From: Tubiluchus corallicola
Taxonomy: Eukaryota > Animalia > Priapulida
DNA: 64,000 nucleotides
Assembly (NCBI GenBank): GCA_030141605.1
Contig: JAQGDQ010000321.1
Location: 1-64,000, forward strand
Direction of reading: 5' to 3'
Positions 51,201-64,000 of the stretch are shown here, one piece after another. Positions within the stretch are counted from its first letter, which is position 1, and each line of letters begins with the position of its first letter. Position numbers and translations under genes: made by a program. Below the pieces are notes generated by a model that saw only the letters and a program-made list of their open reading frames with translations, did not search any database and was not told where the DNA came from.

Positions 51201-54200
51201 CTGGAACTTCCACTTTAACTGTGACCTCGGGGACAAGGATCAAGTGCAGGCATGACTTATACTATTCATTTAGTCTCATTGATACCTCTCATTTCATGTA
51301 CTGCAACCTGTTGCTGCTGGACACTGAAAAGCATTTGTCTACATGACCCTCAATTTTGGTTTTTGCCTCTTAGTCAAGAGTCACTGACCTGGGCGTAACT
51401 CGTACCATCACATTCTGCTCATCAAGACCTTTCATTTGACGTAACACAAGCTACTGTTACTTGACACTGGAATCATTGGTGTCCCAATGCGCGATTTCGG
51501 TTTTTGTCCCGAAACAGGGTCAGGGATCAACCAAAATCAGCAAAACTTACACCATTCAACTTGTCTCATCGAGGCCTTTCATTTGGTCTATTACACGACA
51601 CTGTTACTCAAAATTGGTGTCCCCGATTCCTCAATTTTGGTGTTTGTCCCCTAGCCACATACCAAAAATTGTTGTCCTAGCTCAAAAACTGCAGGAAGCG
51701 GTCAAGCCTAACGAAAAAACAAAATGTGCTGCCCGCTCCATGATCTTTTACCCGAGAACATAAATCTATCTGCCTGGGAAGTGTATCCTATGAGTTTCCC
51801 GATCCTAGCCCTGTGCATGTGCGAGTTAACGAAGAAACAAAAAGGCGTAAATAATAAATAAAAACCGGTGGTAAAACAAGAAGATTCTGCTGTAAACACA
51901 ATCTTAATTATTCCCACAGATGTCTATATATTCACTATATTCATTAGTTTTCAGTCACTGTTGCATGCTAGGATTCACACAAACTAGCCAAACAACAACA
52001 CCTGCTTTTCAGAATGCATTATCCAAAAATTGAGACTATATTGAATCAGTGAAACTAACAGACAGAACCAGTTACAAAGTAGCTTCGTGATAGTAAGCAT
52101 TAACCCGGTGATGAATTTAGAAGGTAAAAATGTCAACTTAAAATTGCCTAAGTTTTGTCAATGTCACACAACATTGCCATACTATTTTTGTTTTCAAAAA
52201 TAATGGAAGATTTCTATCATTAGAAAATTGTGCCCAGAGGTGACATCACCGCTCGCCGTGCACTTGCTAGCCCAAGTTTCTAAATAATCGCATTACTGCA
52301 ATTCATTTATATCTGAACTAAAAAACCATCTTTAGAAATGGGTTCCACTTTTTCAAGAGGTGAGCTCGGTGCAGTTTCCAGTTACAGATAGAACAATTAG
52401 TTACCAATTTTCCTGGTATAAGTTGAACTGTAATTCTATTGTAATTCAGAAAAATAATTTAATTCTAATAATTCGTTTGTGTAATGTAGTCACGTTATTT
52501 CAATTATGCTGTAACCATCAAAGCTTAATAATTTCACCAATGTACAGTAGGTTTAACCCAGTGGTGTAGCTGATAGGGGAGCAACCGCAGCAAAATTTTT
52601 GTTAAATAAATGTTCATAAAAAAGTCAATAAAATATTTTTTATCGCATGGGTTTGGAAGACTTTTCTGGAGTCATTACGTACTTTATTTGATTTTAAACA
52701 CAAAATTAAAATAAATAATCAGTCGCTAAAAATTGTTTGGTACGAGTCACGGGACCTTTTTTATGTGCTTGCTCCTCCTAACTTTAGAACCTGGCTATGG
52801 CCCTGGTTTAACCACACAATTTGAGTCTGAAAGACCCGTCTAATCTAATCTTATTAAAGAAAGGATATGATTAGCGAGTTCTCCAGCTATGTTGAGTTGT
52901 GTGCTGAATCCAGTCAATTGATTCTGTGTCTTGTTCCCGTAGAACAGTCCTAAGCGACCCAGATTTTTTGCGAACTCAGCCTTAACGCCAATTTGTATGA
53001 TATCATTCTCAAAGAGGATTCCATTATTCTTGCAAACAAACCTAAATTTAAGCAGAAAATTGTATTCAAAATGGTTTAATTTATAATAACTAAGAATCAA
53101 ATTGAAAAAATGAAAGTACATAATTTTTTCCTTTTGCAAAAATCCATTAAAACTTTAAAAGCATAAAAGCAGGCTTAACTAGTTTTATTGAGAGAATTGT
53201 TGAAAGAGAAAGACACATTCTGACAATTGTTAGATTTTTGAAAAAAAAAAGATGCACAAGTTATAATTAGACTTATATTCACTTTTAGGAAGTTTACGTA
53301 AACAACAGAATAAAAAATGGCAGTCATGACATGCAGTTTTATCATCAAATATATTCAGTGTTTACACAGTAGCAAAAATTAGACTCCGGTACCCTTTTCC
53401 TTACACCTGTCAGGTACCCGATTGTTAAGACTAAGCAGCAGCGAAGAAATTGAAATCAGTTTTATACGTACATAAAAACAATGACTGATGCATTTCACCT
53501 AACTGCAGTGTTATCGTGACATGTTCCACGAATCACAAAAGTTAATGTTTCGGCAAGCACAACATTTGAATGAGTTCTTGCCCTTAGCTGCCTGCCAAAC
53601 TTCTTAATTACGCTGTACTCGCAAGCATATTGCACACTTTACATCATTCAGCCAGCTACGTCAGTCTAACTGCCACATTAATACAGCGGAGGGATCAAGA
53701 GAATCATAACTATCCATATTGTCATTGTTTGTGTGTTTAAACTTAAGAATTACATATTCGTATCTTTGTTAGTGGTCTAATATAGTTTTTCAACTGTTAA
53801 TAAACAATTTCGTTTAGATAGTTAACCTCTTGGTAAAGAAATCATTGTTGTTTTATGTTACTCCCACGACAAAAGTGGTTTAATCTGCCATGGATCTGCA
53901 ACTGTTAGAGATATTTCCAAATGCTGCTTCCAATTAATAATCTACTAATGGCATTTAAATTTTAAATTCACAAACAATGGATATATCATATTAACAATAA
54001 TGTGTGCATTTTCACTGTTGGAACCGGATAGAATTATCAGGCTCGGGTAACAAACAATATGGGTAATTACTCGGGTACCCGATGGAAACACTATCGTCAA
54101 TGCAGGTATTTTTGCATAAGCCTATTTAGCTATTAGGCTATCATACCAGCTTTCGTGGAACCTTTTGAAATTGAAGTTACCATTTATCCACCATTTGATA

Positions 54201-57200
54201 ATTTTAATATTAGCATTCCACTAATATATTCCACAAAGATGTTCGAAATGAATAAAATTTGCCTATTTTCAAATTTGCTGTTTTATTTTTTAAGCTACAA
54301 ACTTTGTCATCAAAACACAACAATACTGTGTATAACAAACGCTAATATAAAAAACGATTAATTAAAAAAGCTCCAAATCACAACAAAATTAAACATACTT
54401 TTTGAAATTTGACTCTGACGTGGCTACACCAGTAAAAGTTTCTCCTAAAATGTTGTTTGTTGAAGGTGGTGGAGCTGCTGGAGGGCTACCAAAAATATCT
54501 AGGAGCATGTCACTAGAAGGGGCAGCTGTATTTGCAGGAGATGGTGCTGCTGGGGGAGTCGGCTCCGTACCAATGTCTAGGCCTAGAAGATCAGCTGAAA
54601 CCTGGGGACTTGGTGGAGCCACATCCTGGTTAAAGAAAATGTAGTTATAATTAGTTAATCGACAAAATAACACAACAAATTGTATAAAAAAATCATCCAG
54701 TGTGCCGAGATTTAGTGAATCAAAGCTTGTGGCTGCCTGAGTTCAAATGCTAACTAAATAAACTTGACCCTGTTAACTAGAAGATCTAAGCAAAGCACAA
54801 TTCGCCTTTTCTTATCATGATAAGTGTCATTCTAAGTATCTCCATCTCTATTTTCTTTTAGCATTTCAAACTGAAGAATAACTTATATGAAAATTAAAAC
54901 ACTGTGTTTGAAATACACAAATTACTAAGACTTTAAGAAAGACATGCTCTTTCAATAATTAGTTTAACAGCTAACTAACTGAAGACGACGATGTTAAAAA
55001 GTTGTGAGCACCAGGACTTAAACTAGAACCTTGAGATTTCACATCACATGCTCTACCAGTTGAGCTATCTGCCCACTACAGGACAGCAGGTGTGTGATCT
55101 CATCCAACATGTGCACAGCTAGTCAGAGCTACCTATGTAATACTAGTGGCATACATATGCATATATGAATTGTGAAAAATGAAATGGTGGAGAAAATTTA
55201 TAAAATGTAACATTCACTAGATTCAAACACCTGCAATATATTTAAACAAAAGCAAGTTGGGGAAACTTCACTAACAATAAGAAAGGAATCTAACAAAGAA
55301 ATACGTTTCCAAAATACAGATAATTGTTGCCTCATCTTACCTGTATCACACCAGTCGGTGTCGTCGTGCCATTTATCATTTTACTGTCTTTCTTCGTTTT
55401 GCCTTCCTCTATCTCACCGTCACGAAGAGCCGAAGGCTTCTTCTTCTTCAGAATAGCTAAGATAGAGGACTCCCTCTCTGGAAACGGAGGCATCTCTTCC
55501 AAAACTGTCGCCTAAGCAATAAGAAATGAATCCCACATCAATGTGTTTCAGAAATCAATGGTGGATAATGGTGAAGTCAAACTTATGGTATAATGACGTC
55601 ATCAAACTTATAATTACATTTATATAGACATCTCTGTGAAAATGTCTATAAAACATTGACTCTGTTAATTACTTTACTAAATGACTTTATTAAGGTGTCA
55701 AAATTGTTATTATAGTACACTGTCAAGTATTATCAATATTTTATTACTGTTGTAACAAACAATCTTTTACTGGAACCAAAAACAACAAGCATACCAAGAC
55801 ATCAGGGCTAGTAACTTTACTCATTTGTAAATATTCCACGGTTCTCTGCTGTATCTCAGCGTCAGCATTACGCACATTAGAATCAGCTGACAAGATCTGA
55901 AAGCAGGTAAAACATACATTGTGTACTAAGTATTAAACTCCCTTTATGAATGCTTTATATACAAATCATTGCGCTTGTTGCAAACATATTGTCAAATCAG
56001 AAAGTTATTGCGGTAAAGTAAAATAAACAGCTGTGTTTTCCCGTATATTAACGACATTATCACTGTTTTTACTAAAACTGGTGAATTCTATGTGCATTAT
56101 TTGATCACTTCGAAAAATACAAAATTTGAGCAGAAAATACTGGATAAACATACTTACATCTTGTATATTTGATCTTATTTCAGGAAACAGGTTAATAAAC
56201 TTGACATATGTAGAAAGCAGTAAAGCACGAGTAGCAACGGAGCAGAGCGGATATTTAGAATGAAGTAATTCAAACTGAACCAAAGGACTAGAAAAAACAA
56301 CAAAAATTATTTCTAAACCAGTTTGATTAAAAATACATATCATGTGTTGCAAGTCAAAGACAACCATTCTGTATAATTTGCAGACTCCTTTGAATAGATT
56401 GCACGTCAGTGGAGCAACTGATCTAATGCTAGCATAAATTATTAAGTGCAAAACAAGTAAAGCAAGAATATTTTCTAAAATAAAGTTTAAGAAATGTTAA
56501 TACTTATTAAGCATTAACATCTAATAATTACTCCAAGGAGAATTTTATAATCGTGTTGGCAAATACAAACAAGTATCTGTTCAGATCTGATGGCAGTTTT
56601 ACAAATAATATAGCATCTTATACAGTCACTCAAAACAATTTATCAATGTGGGCTTAGGCGGCTAACATATTTTTGTAGGAGTATTTCAGCAAAAAATTTA
56701 CTTAAACTTAATGGGTTTAAGAAATTATCCTTAAATATTAAAAAGATTCAATGATTATTTGCACACCTTGACCTGGAGTCACCAGCTATGAGATTCCCAA
56801 ATTCTCCCAAGATGTAACCACTGACTTTCACCATGTTCTCGTGACAAGCCGGGGCCTGCAGGGCTTCAAACACCGTCTTTGCAGCGTAACCCTGAACATC
56901 TTCCCTATTTATTACAATCTGGATAACTCTGTACCATACCTACAAAAAAAGTAAGATAAACTTTCAAGATGAAAATAACTAAACTGCAGGAAAACCTTTT
57001 GAAGTATGACTATAATTTCTAATAAACTAGACATTTCTATTGATGAACCTACAGATATTATTCAGATTTTGACAAAAAACAGTCAAAATGATTTGGTCAA
57101 TCACAACCATAAAGGTCAGATATTCTTGTGACTACATTCGTTAGTTAGAAGTTGGATTTTGGTCAATGGATCAAGACTATTTTGTATGAAACTACTATCA

Positions 57201-60200
57201 CATTTTCCGTTTAAATTTCACCTAATTCGGAGTTTAAAAGATGTGCATGTTTACACTTGTTTATTACCAACTATTTTAGCAGAATAGCTTTTATCTACAC
57301 ATTTTACTTTTACAATGAACTAGAAATGCAATAAACATACCACTCTTTACTCCTAAGAAAGTAAGAATGTAATGTCGAAAAGAAAGTAATGTTAACTCAC
57401 CTCTTCACTCACATGATCCCCTGCAATGCGGATCAGATTTAAGATGGTGTCCACATACCAGTTATAATCTACAGCATATTTCTCAGCCAGTATGGCGACC
57501 TTGAGCACCTAATAAAACAAAAGAGTGACGAAAGGTATTAGTAATCACAGTAGAAATGTATATGATTGGAAACTAAAAACACAAGTTATAATTCAAACTT
57601 TGCATTCTATTTACAAAATACAAATAAAAAGCATAATCTCTGTTAATAGAACAGTGTAATAATAAACTGGGCAGTATAAACAAGTTTGACTCATCATAAC
57701 AAAACTACCAATACTGACACAAATTATAATTTTCACATAACTGGTTAATGTAATTACTATGTAAATGCACCAGTATTTGCAATACAGAAACTACAAGCTT
57801 AATGACTGCAGTAACTTAAAAGTTATCCAACAGAAAAAAAGCAAACACATCATTGCTCTGTACAAAATTCATTTGCTCCTCATTTTTATTTTGGAAGAGC
57901 ATACAGAGCTCTGCAGAAAAAATAGAGTATTTCGACCCTTGTTCGCAAATGACTTCACATATATGTGTGATCTGGGCAACTAATGTTGATGGTTATGGCA
58001 GGAACACAGCCAGCTCAGCGCCAAAGATAGCCTCTTTCTCTGGGAATAAGTTGGCTTAATGGCAAATCAAGAGAGACGTGTTAGCCACATTCAGATTTTA
58101 ATACCCCTTCCCTCAATGAGAGAACCAACGTTGCCTATGACCAATGAAACTCCTTAATAGTAAATTTCTTGGTCACCTATCCACTTACTATGCCCCGAGC
58201 AAAACACATACTAATTATTACATACATATTACTAGTACATAAAAATTTCATGAATAAAACAGCAAAGCTTTCTTACTTACCATCTCTTCCCTAATAGCAT
58301 AATCAGCTGTTTCCAAATACTGCAACATTTCATGTACAATTTCCTCTGCATTTGAACGATCACACATGGCGTACAACAAATCGACGGCTCGTTGCCGCAC
58401 GCTCACGTCCCGTTCTGTCTTCAGCGCATTAATAACCGTCTCCTGGTGTTTTTTTACTGCCTCGTGAGAAAATTCCGAAGTTGCCAAAAGACAGAATATT
58501 TCCAAAGCTAAATAACTGGGACCAAAAATCAAAATAGGTTAAAAAACGATGAGAATTTTGCCAAGCATACTAATAACAACAATATTCTTCAATCATATCG
58601 ATTATAAATAAACAATAAAACACATTGCAGTCCTAAAGAAAAAACCATCAGACAAATAAGGAAGATGACTTGACACATTACTATCTATTTATGACACAAA
58701 AAATAGCACTTGTGAAAAATGAGAACATATCGAATTTGTACAGAATGTTAGTGGCTTTGTAAAGAATGTATTATTTTTAAAATTAAAAACTTTAGAAATT
58801 ACGCCTTAGAAATTAAACACACAGTGAAAATTTGGCATGCAAAATATATTTATTTACTTATGAAACGCATGACTGCTTTGAACATATGCTCACCGAAGGT
58901 TAGTTTCTCTGTGCTGCAAAAACTGCCCAAGTTGATTACATGCTCTTACCAACAAACCTGGCTCACTGAAAATACATTCATTTAATAACATAGCTAGAAA
59001 ACAACAGCTTAAATAATTTAAAATAAAATTTAACAGGTTATATCTGCATTAGAGCTACTACATTGCAACCTCACTGTTTGGGAATTTCAGCAATTAGTGG
59101 TAAAAACTTTAGAACCAATTAAATATCACAATGTCTATACAGATTAATAGAATTGTTATAAATACCTGTCCTGATGTATAATGAGACTAATTGCTTCAAA
59201 CAGTACAGCATTTTTTGCATTTGAATGCTGGACTTTCTTAGATTTTGGAGGTTCCTGTGCCTTATTTAGAATTGTCTCAAGGCACTCATTTAACCTGGCT
59301 CGAACAGCAGGGTCATCTGGTAAATGAAACAATGCAAAAATAAACTGAAATTTTACAGCAATTGCAATTTTGAAAATAGCCTTTTTCAAGATTTTACAGT
59401 CTAACTTATTATTGGAAAATTCATAAGACTACTTAAAAATTACGTAAACAGTTTTCCAGTTGCTCATGAAACAATCCTCCGAGAAGTTAACGATGTTTTT
59501 AGTTAACATATTATATTTATAATATTATAAAATGTTACTAAAATACAGCATGCTGCTTTACACTTTTAATAAAAAAATAGTAAACAGAATAACAAGTTTT
59601 TTCTTTTATAAAACATTAACACAAAACAATATGAAATATAACCCACTGCCATGCAAAAAAGTTTTCCAAGTTTTCCAATCGGTTTTCACTACACAAGACA
59701 AACTTACCTGGTGGTGGATAGTTCTGCAGTAGTCGCAAAAGTTTAACACTAAGCCATGGTGCAGGCACAAAATAATATGTATAATCCTGGAGGTCGGTAT
59801 AAGATGAGGTGACAATGCGACTTAACCTCGACACGGCGAGCGACACGCAGCCTTTGTACTCTTCTGGATTCTTTTTGACCAGAGACTCGATAAGACTACA
59901 TGCAGCAGTTACAACTCCCTATCAAACAAACAACAGCAAATATTGTAGTTACTATACTACAGCAACATTATTATTAGGTGCAGGGATGTTACAGAAACAA
60001 AAATTTTGTTTCGGATTGCGATAAATGCACTTTCAGTTGAGTTTCGTTTTAGTTGAAATTTAGTAGGTTTTGTAGCTTAAACTTTCTGTCATTTTTGGTA
60101 GCATTTTCCCCAAGTTTTAGTGGTATTTATCCAGTTTACCTTTTTTGCCTCATAGATGTTAAAATCGCTGAAACATTTTGGCTAAAGTAGTTCAAATTAA

Positions 60201-62046
60201 GCATAAGTATCGTTTATTTAACTTTTTACACAATTTATAGCATGCTTTTTACAGCAATGCAGCATATCTTCAGTGCTGTCAACTGCGAAGCCTAAACGTG
60301 TCCAGGCACAATCAACCGAAATATCAAAGCATAATTTGAATGAAACCAAATGAAATATATGCAACAAATTCTTTACAAAATAAAATTTTTTGAAGCTTCA
60401 TAATCTTTAACCATAAACATTGTTCTACATATTTGGTTAGAATTTTTTGTCTAGCTACTTCATCAAGCTTTTATCAGAGCAAATATAAGCACACAAACAA
60501 AAACAAAGTATTTCATTTATTTAGAATTTTTTCTAAATAATGTTTTGATAGTAGTTGGTTTTGCAAAATTGATTTCGGTTCGGTTTTATTTCAGTATCGG
60601 TTTGTTATTTCAGTTTCGCTAACGTCGCTGATTAGGGGTGATCATCGAACGTTTGAGTTCAAACATTCAATTCAGCAATTCAACCACATATTCTTTATCA
60701 TTAACATGTTTCAAACATCACGGCAATTAGCACAATTAGTTGTGATTGTGAAATTGTATTAAAAATTGTAAAATAATCCATAATAAAAGTTTGTTACACG
60801 CATATATAAAAAATGTTCCACCAAGTTTTCTTTTTTAACAACATATTGAATTTATTGAAGCTTATAATGGAAAAGATAGCATTTTAAATATATTGGGTAG
60901 AAAGTAGGTTTCTTAATTTTACACTCTCGAGGAAGCCTTGAGAAATTATTTTAATTTTACTAAATTTTTCTTGTAAACTTTTGTATTTTTGAACTGTTTT
61001 AAATCGTCATTTTAGTATTGTTTTTATGAATTTTTTTACTATACAGCATTCAAGCACATATTTACGTGCATTTTACGATACACAAAATAAATAAAATTAA
61101 GCTTAAACTGACAAAGTTTTCTTTTTATATGTATTTACGATGTATCATGTCCAGTACAATAAACGCATCAAAACATTTGTCTAGCATTAAAGCCTTACAC
61201 TATCATCTAAAAAATGGTTTACATGACCGAACAATGGCAGGAATTTAGTTAATTCAACACTACATCCAGATCAGAACGTCCTTATTTAGAATAACCAATA
61301 AAAGCAATGTAAAGCACAAAAAATTAGACAAAAGTAAAAATTGTTTTGATCTGCACATAAAAGCCAGATTTTCTCAGCAAAATTATGATCTTTTCACTGA
61401 AAGTTGCCAAGATAATCACTGTCCTCCAATATTGCTGAATTGTATTTGTGGTTTTCTGTTTGAATCTACTAAAAACTTTTTGTTGTGCTGTCCACTGCCT
61501 AGATTGTTATATTTTATAAATTAAATGAGGTACTACTGTACGAAAACCTTAATATAGCTAAACAAGAAAGTAATGATCTGTTGGAAAGGATGGCTTTAAT
61601 ATTGTTGGAAATTTTAAAATATTCATATGTGTACATGACTTTACATTCTCTGTACTAAACATTTATTGCAGTTTTGCAACAAAGTACATCAGTGCTAACA
61701 AATTTGTAGATTAAATTTTAAACTGTCCTTATTAGTTACATCCAAAGTAATGTTGTGGTAAACGTGTTGTTAGCTTATGTTGTTACAATCATTCTTATTG
61801 CAAATTTTCTGTAAATAGTGCACAAAGCTTGTTGGAGTAAAGATTTTAAATCATGTTTTGAAACTGTCTGATCCAATCCTAAAATAAATTATGTTTAAAC
61901 TAAAAATAAAACTTACTAAATGTTGATCATTGAGTAGGTGTATGATTCGTGATGTCCACTCCCCAGGAGGAATCACTTCAGGAGAAGTTCGAAACAGTCG
62001 TAGCAAACACAGGGCAGCACTTTGCTTTACAACATCTATGGTATCG
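48253..62046 (-). CDS. AP2A: AP-2 complex subunit alpha (alpha-adaptin), 5'-partial; 16 coding exons in window
   Basis: Exons (5'->3' on minus): 62046-61917, 59918-59708, 59316-59166, 58965-58894, 58515-58281, 57508-57401, 56939-56767, 56287-56158, 55896-55795, 55511-55341, 54625-54399, 53041-52869, 50690-50567, 50052-49936, 49414-49210, 48330-48253 (TAA). All phases join in frame. Peptides [103 protein letters not shown] and [16 protein letters not shown] are recognisable alpha-adaptin trunk and ear motifs. N-terminal exons were not found and presumably lie beyond 64000. Confidence 0.97.
50691..52868 (-). other. U12-type (minor spliceosome) AT-AC intron of AP2A
   Basis: Minus-strand 5' splice site ATATCCTTT (52868-52860), branch site TTTCCTTAAC (50710-50701) and terminal AC (50692-50691). 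Splicing gives the in-frame junction ELAN-Q-LSIQT. Confidence 0.93.
52559..52805. mobile_element. hAT-type MITE (247 bp) inside the U12 intron
   Basis: Termini CAGTGGTGTAGC / GCTATGGCCCTG are flanked by a perfect 8-bp target duplication GTTTAACC (52551-52558 and 52806-52813). Confidence 0.85.
55004..55074 (-). pseudogene. Degenerate tRNA-like sequence or SINE head in an AP2A intron
   Basis: Minus strand GGGCAGATAGCTCAACTGGTAGAGCA...GGTTCTAGTTTAAGTCCTGG has an intact A box and D arm, a degenerate B box and a poor acceptor stem, followed by a T5 run. Confidence 0.55.
59981..60630. mobile_element. hAT-type non-autonomous element in an AP2A intron
   Basis: Termini CAGGGATGTTA / TAACGTCGCTG, subterminal TTTCGG repeats, and an 8-bp TSD ATTAGGTG / ATTAGGGG (one mismatch). 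Confidence 0.7.
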
Positions 62047-64000
62047 CTACAAAAGTGACAAATATAACTTAACAACAGTCTTATATTGTATTCACAAAAT
62101 TCTACATTTTTGTGGTCTTCAGTCAGGTTATTCAGCCACCAAACTATAGCAAACCCTAATTATAACAAACCTTATTATAATGGACTTCAGATATAAGCAA
62201 GAACTCTTCATTATTAAACAGAAATTAGGCTAGAATGCAATCCTATCTTGACACAGCTTTAATGCACTGCACTTTTCATTATGTGTACACTATATAGTAC
62301 GATTTACCTAAATAACATATATTGCAGCAACATTTTGTTCATTTGTCTGGGTGATCTAAGGCAAAATACAGAGTCTGGATGTCATAAATTAATTACACCT
62401 TTATGTAAACAGTATTAGATGTGTCAGTATAGAGGCTTATAAATATGGCAACGAGCAGCTCACCATTAAATCGCTACTAATCTATTGATTCACCTTTCAT
62501 TTCAGAGTGAAATAGACTTCAACATGCCAGTATTACTTGCATTACTGTATGAAAATACACAGCGAAGGCAACTTTAACAACATATTTTGGAAGCAAACTG
62601 AAAGAAATCACTTAGCACTTATGAAAGCGGTAAACTCCCTAAATGAAGCACCCCTATTTTCCCAATAATATGTGCTGTTTATGGGTTGGTGGAATTACAT
62701 ATTTTATAACTTTTAAAACTGTTCTGATGCTTACTTTTACGTGATATGGCAACTTAAATTGAGCGCTGCAGCAAATACAATCACCCGCCATGACACTCAG
62801 TGCTATGACATCACAAGATGCAGTACATTAGACAGCCCCAGCCAGGTACTACTAATTAATATGCACAGAGAAGCATGCGTGATTTTCACTGTATTTAGAA
62901 CGCACCCTGCCCAGTGAGCAGAAGTCAGTCGGAGTTGGTTTCAGTGCAAGACTGTGTGAAAGTTTAGACTGCACAAAATGTTTTGAAGCATGTTTAAATT
63001 TTGTTTTAAGATGGTGAGCAATTCAGGGTCAGAGATTTTGAGTTTGAAGACTCTGGAGATGATGAATTGATGCAACATACCAATTAAGCAATATAGTCAC
63101 CAAATAAAATATAGCCGGTTCAGAAAATGTTGAAGATTATACTAAAGACCTAGTATAGTAAGTTTTATTATTATTATTAGAGACAAGCAATTTTCTGAAA
63201 AGAAAAGTATGCCAGGGCTGGCTCTACCATAAGACAAACTAGACAGTTGCATAGGGTGCCAAATTCTGGCAGCAATTCTTTATTTTTTTAGTTTAGTCTA
63301 AGTAATGACAATATTTAGTTGCTTTTCTTTTAATTTGTTTTCTGAAGAAGTCAGTCATAATTAAAAGAATAAGCACAACACTAATAACGATTTATTTCTT
63401 AAGCACATTGATGTAGGAGGGTTTATGGTAACTATACTTTCACTCTCATGTGCCCTAGTCTCTCCATTACTGCATGAGTTCGCTCACTTGTAAATACAGC
63501 GAGGGTCACACATGCGCAGTGTCTTTCTTTTTGGGACGTCACTTCTGCTTTCTTCCCCAATTTTTCCTTTTTTGCAAGATGTCTATTTGGCGCTAAATTC
63601 GAAGTGTTACAATGCTAACCAAAGTGAAAAACACAAATTTATAAAGAAATGAACCCGTTTATTTGTATCACACTAGTCATCAGAGAATTTTAACAGCAAG
63701 CGTCTAAGAAGGTGTCAGTGGACCTTTAATAGCCTGTAATTATCTGTCGTTACAAACTGCAAAAGTTTTCTCTGATATGGTCTTCCTGAAAGTTTTATAA
63801 ATTTACTGAAGAGCATTTATTAATAAATAATAAATAAAAATAATACATTAAAAAACATTCAAATCAAGCACCTAGGGAGTTTTGTATAACTGGGAAATTT
63901 CATCTATGGAGGCCCTTCTGAACTCTAGAAGTACCCTGTAATTGTTGCAAACTTTTGGAGAGTTCTTTTTCTGTATCAGGCCCCAGAGAATGGAATAAAC

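Noticed and set aside
62400-64000. Transposon-like single ends (GGTGTCAGTGGACCTTTAA ~63728; CAGGGCTGGC ~63213), also GGGGTGTTAA at ~200 and CAGTGTTT/AAACACTA at 53356-54093
   Set aside because: Partner termini or TSDs were not identifiable within the window.

Overview
AT-rich, intron-containing animal (invertebrate-like) genomic DNA; the species cannot be determined from the sequence. The first ~22 kb has no recognisable intact protein gene. It holds decayed LINE/SINE pieces, MITEs, microsatellites, two minisatellites with higher-order structure (55/56-bp and 16-bp units) and a pair of CTCF-like motifs. Next come a tRNA-Glu(TTC) and a + strand gene ending in a RAMA domain (ANKRD31-like, but with no ankyrin exons visible). 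A convergent - strand chitin deacetylase follows (chitin-binding domain, long Ser/Thr linker, CE4 catalytic domain), then an Academ-like non-autonomous transposon. The last 16 coding exons of AP-2 alpha-adaptin (- strand) close the window. One AP2A intron is a clear U12-type AT-AC minor-spliceosome intron carrying a hAT MITE. Exon boundaries were read by hand and checked for phase; family calls come from motif recall, not database searches.
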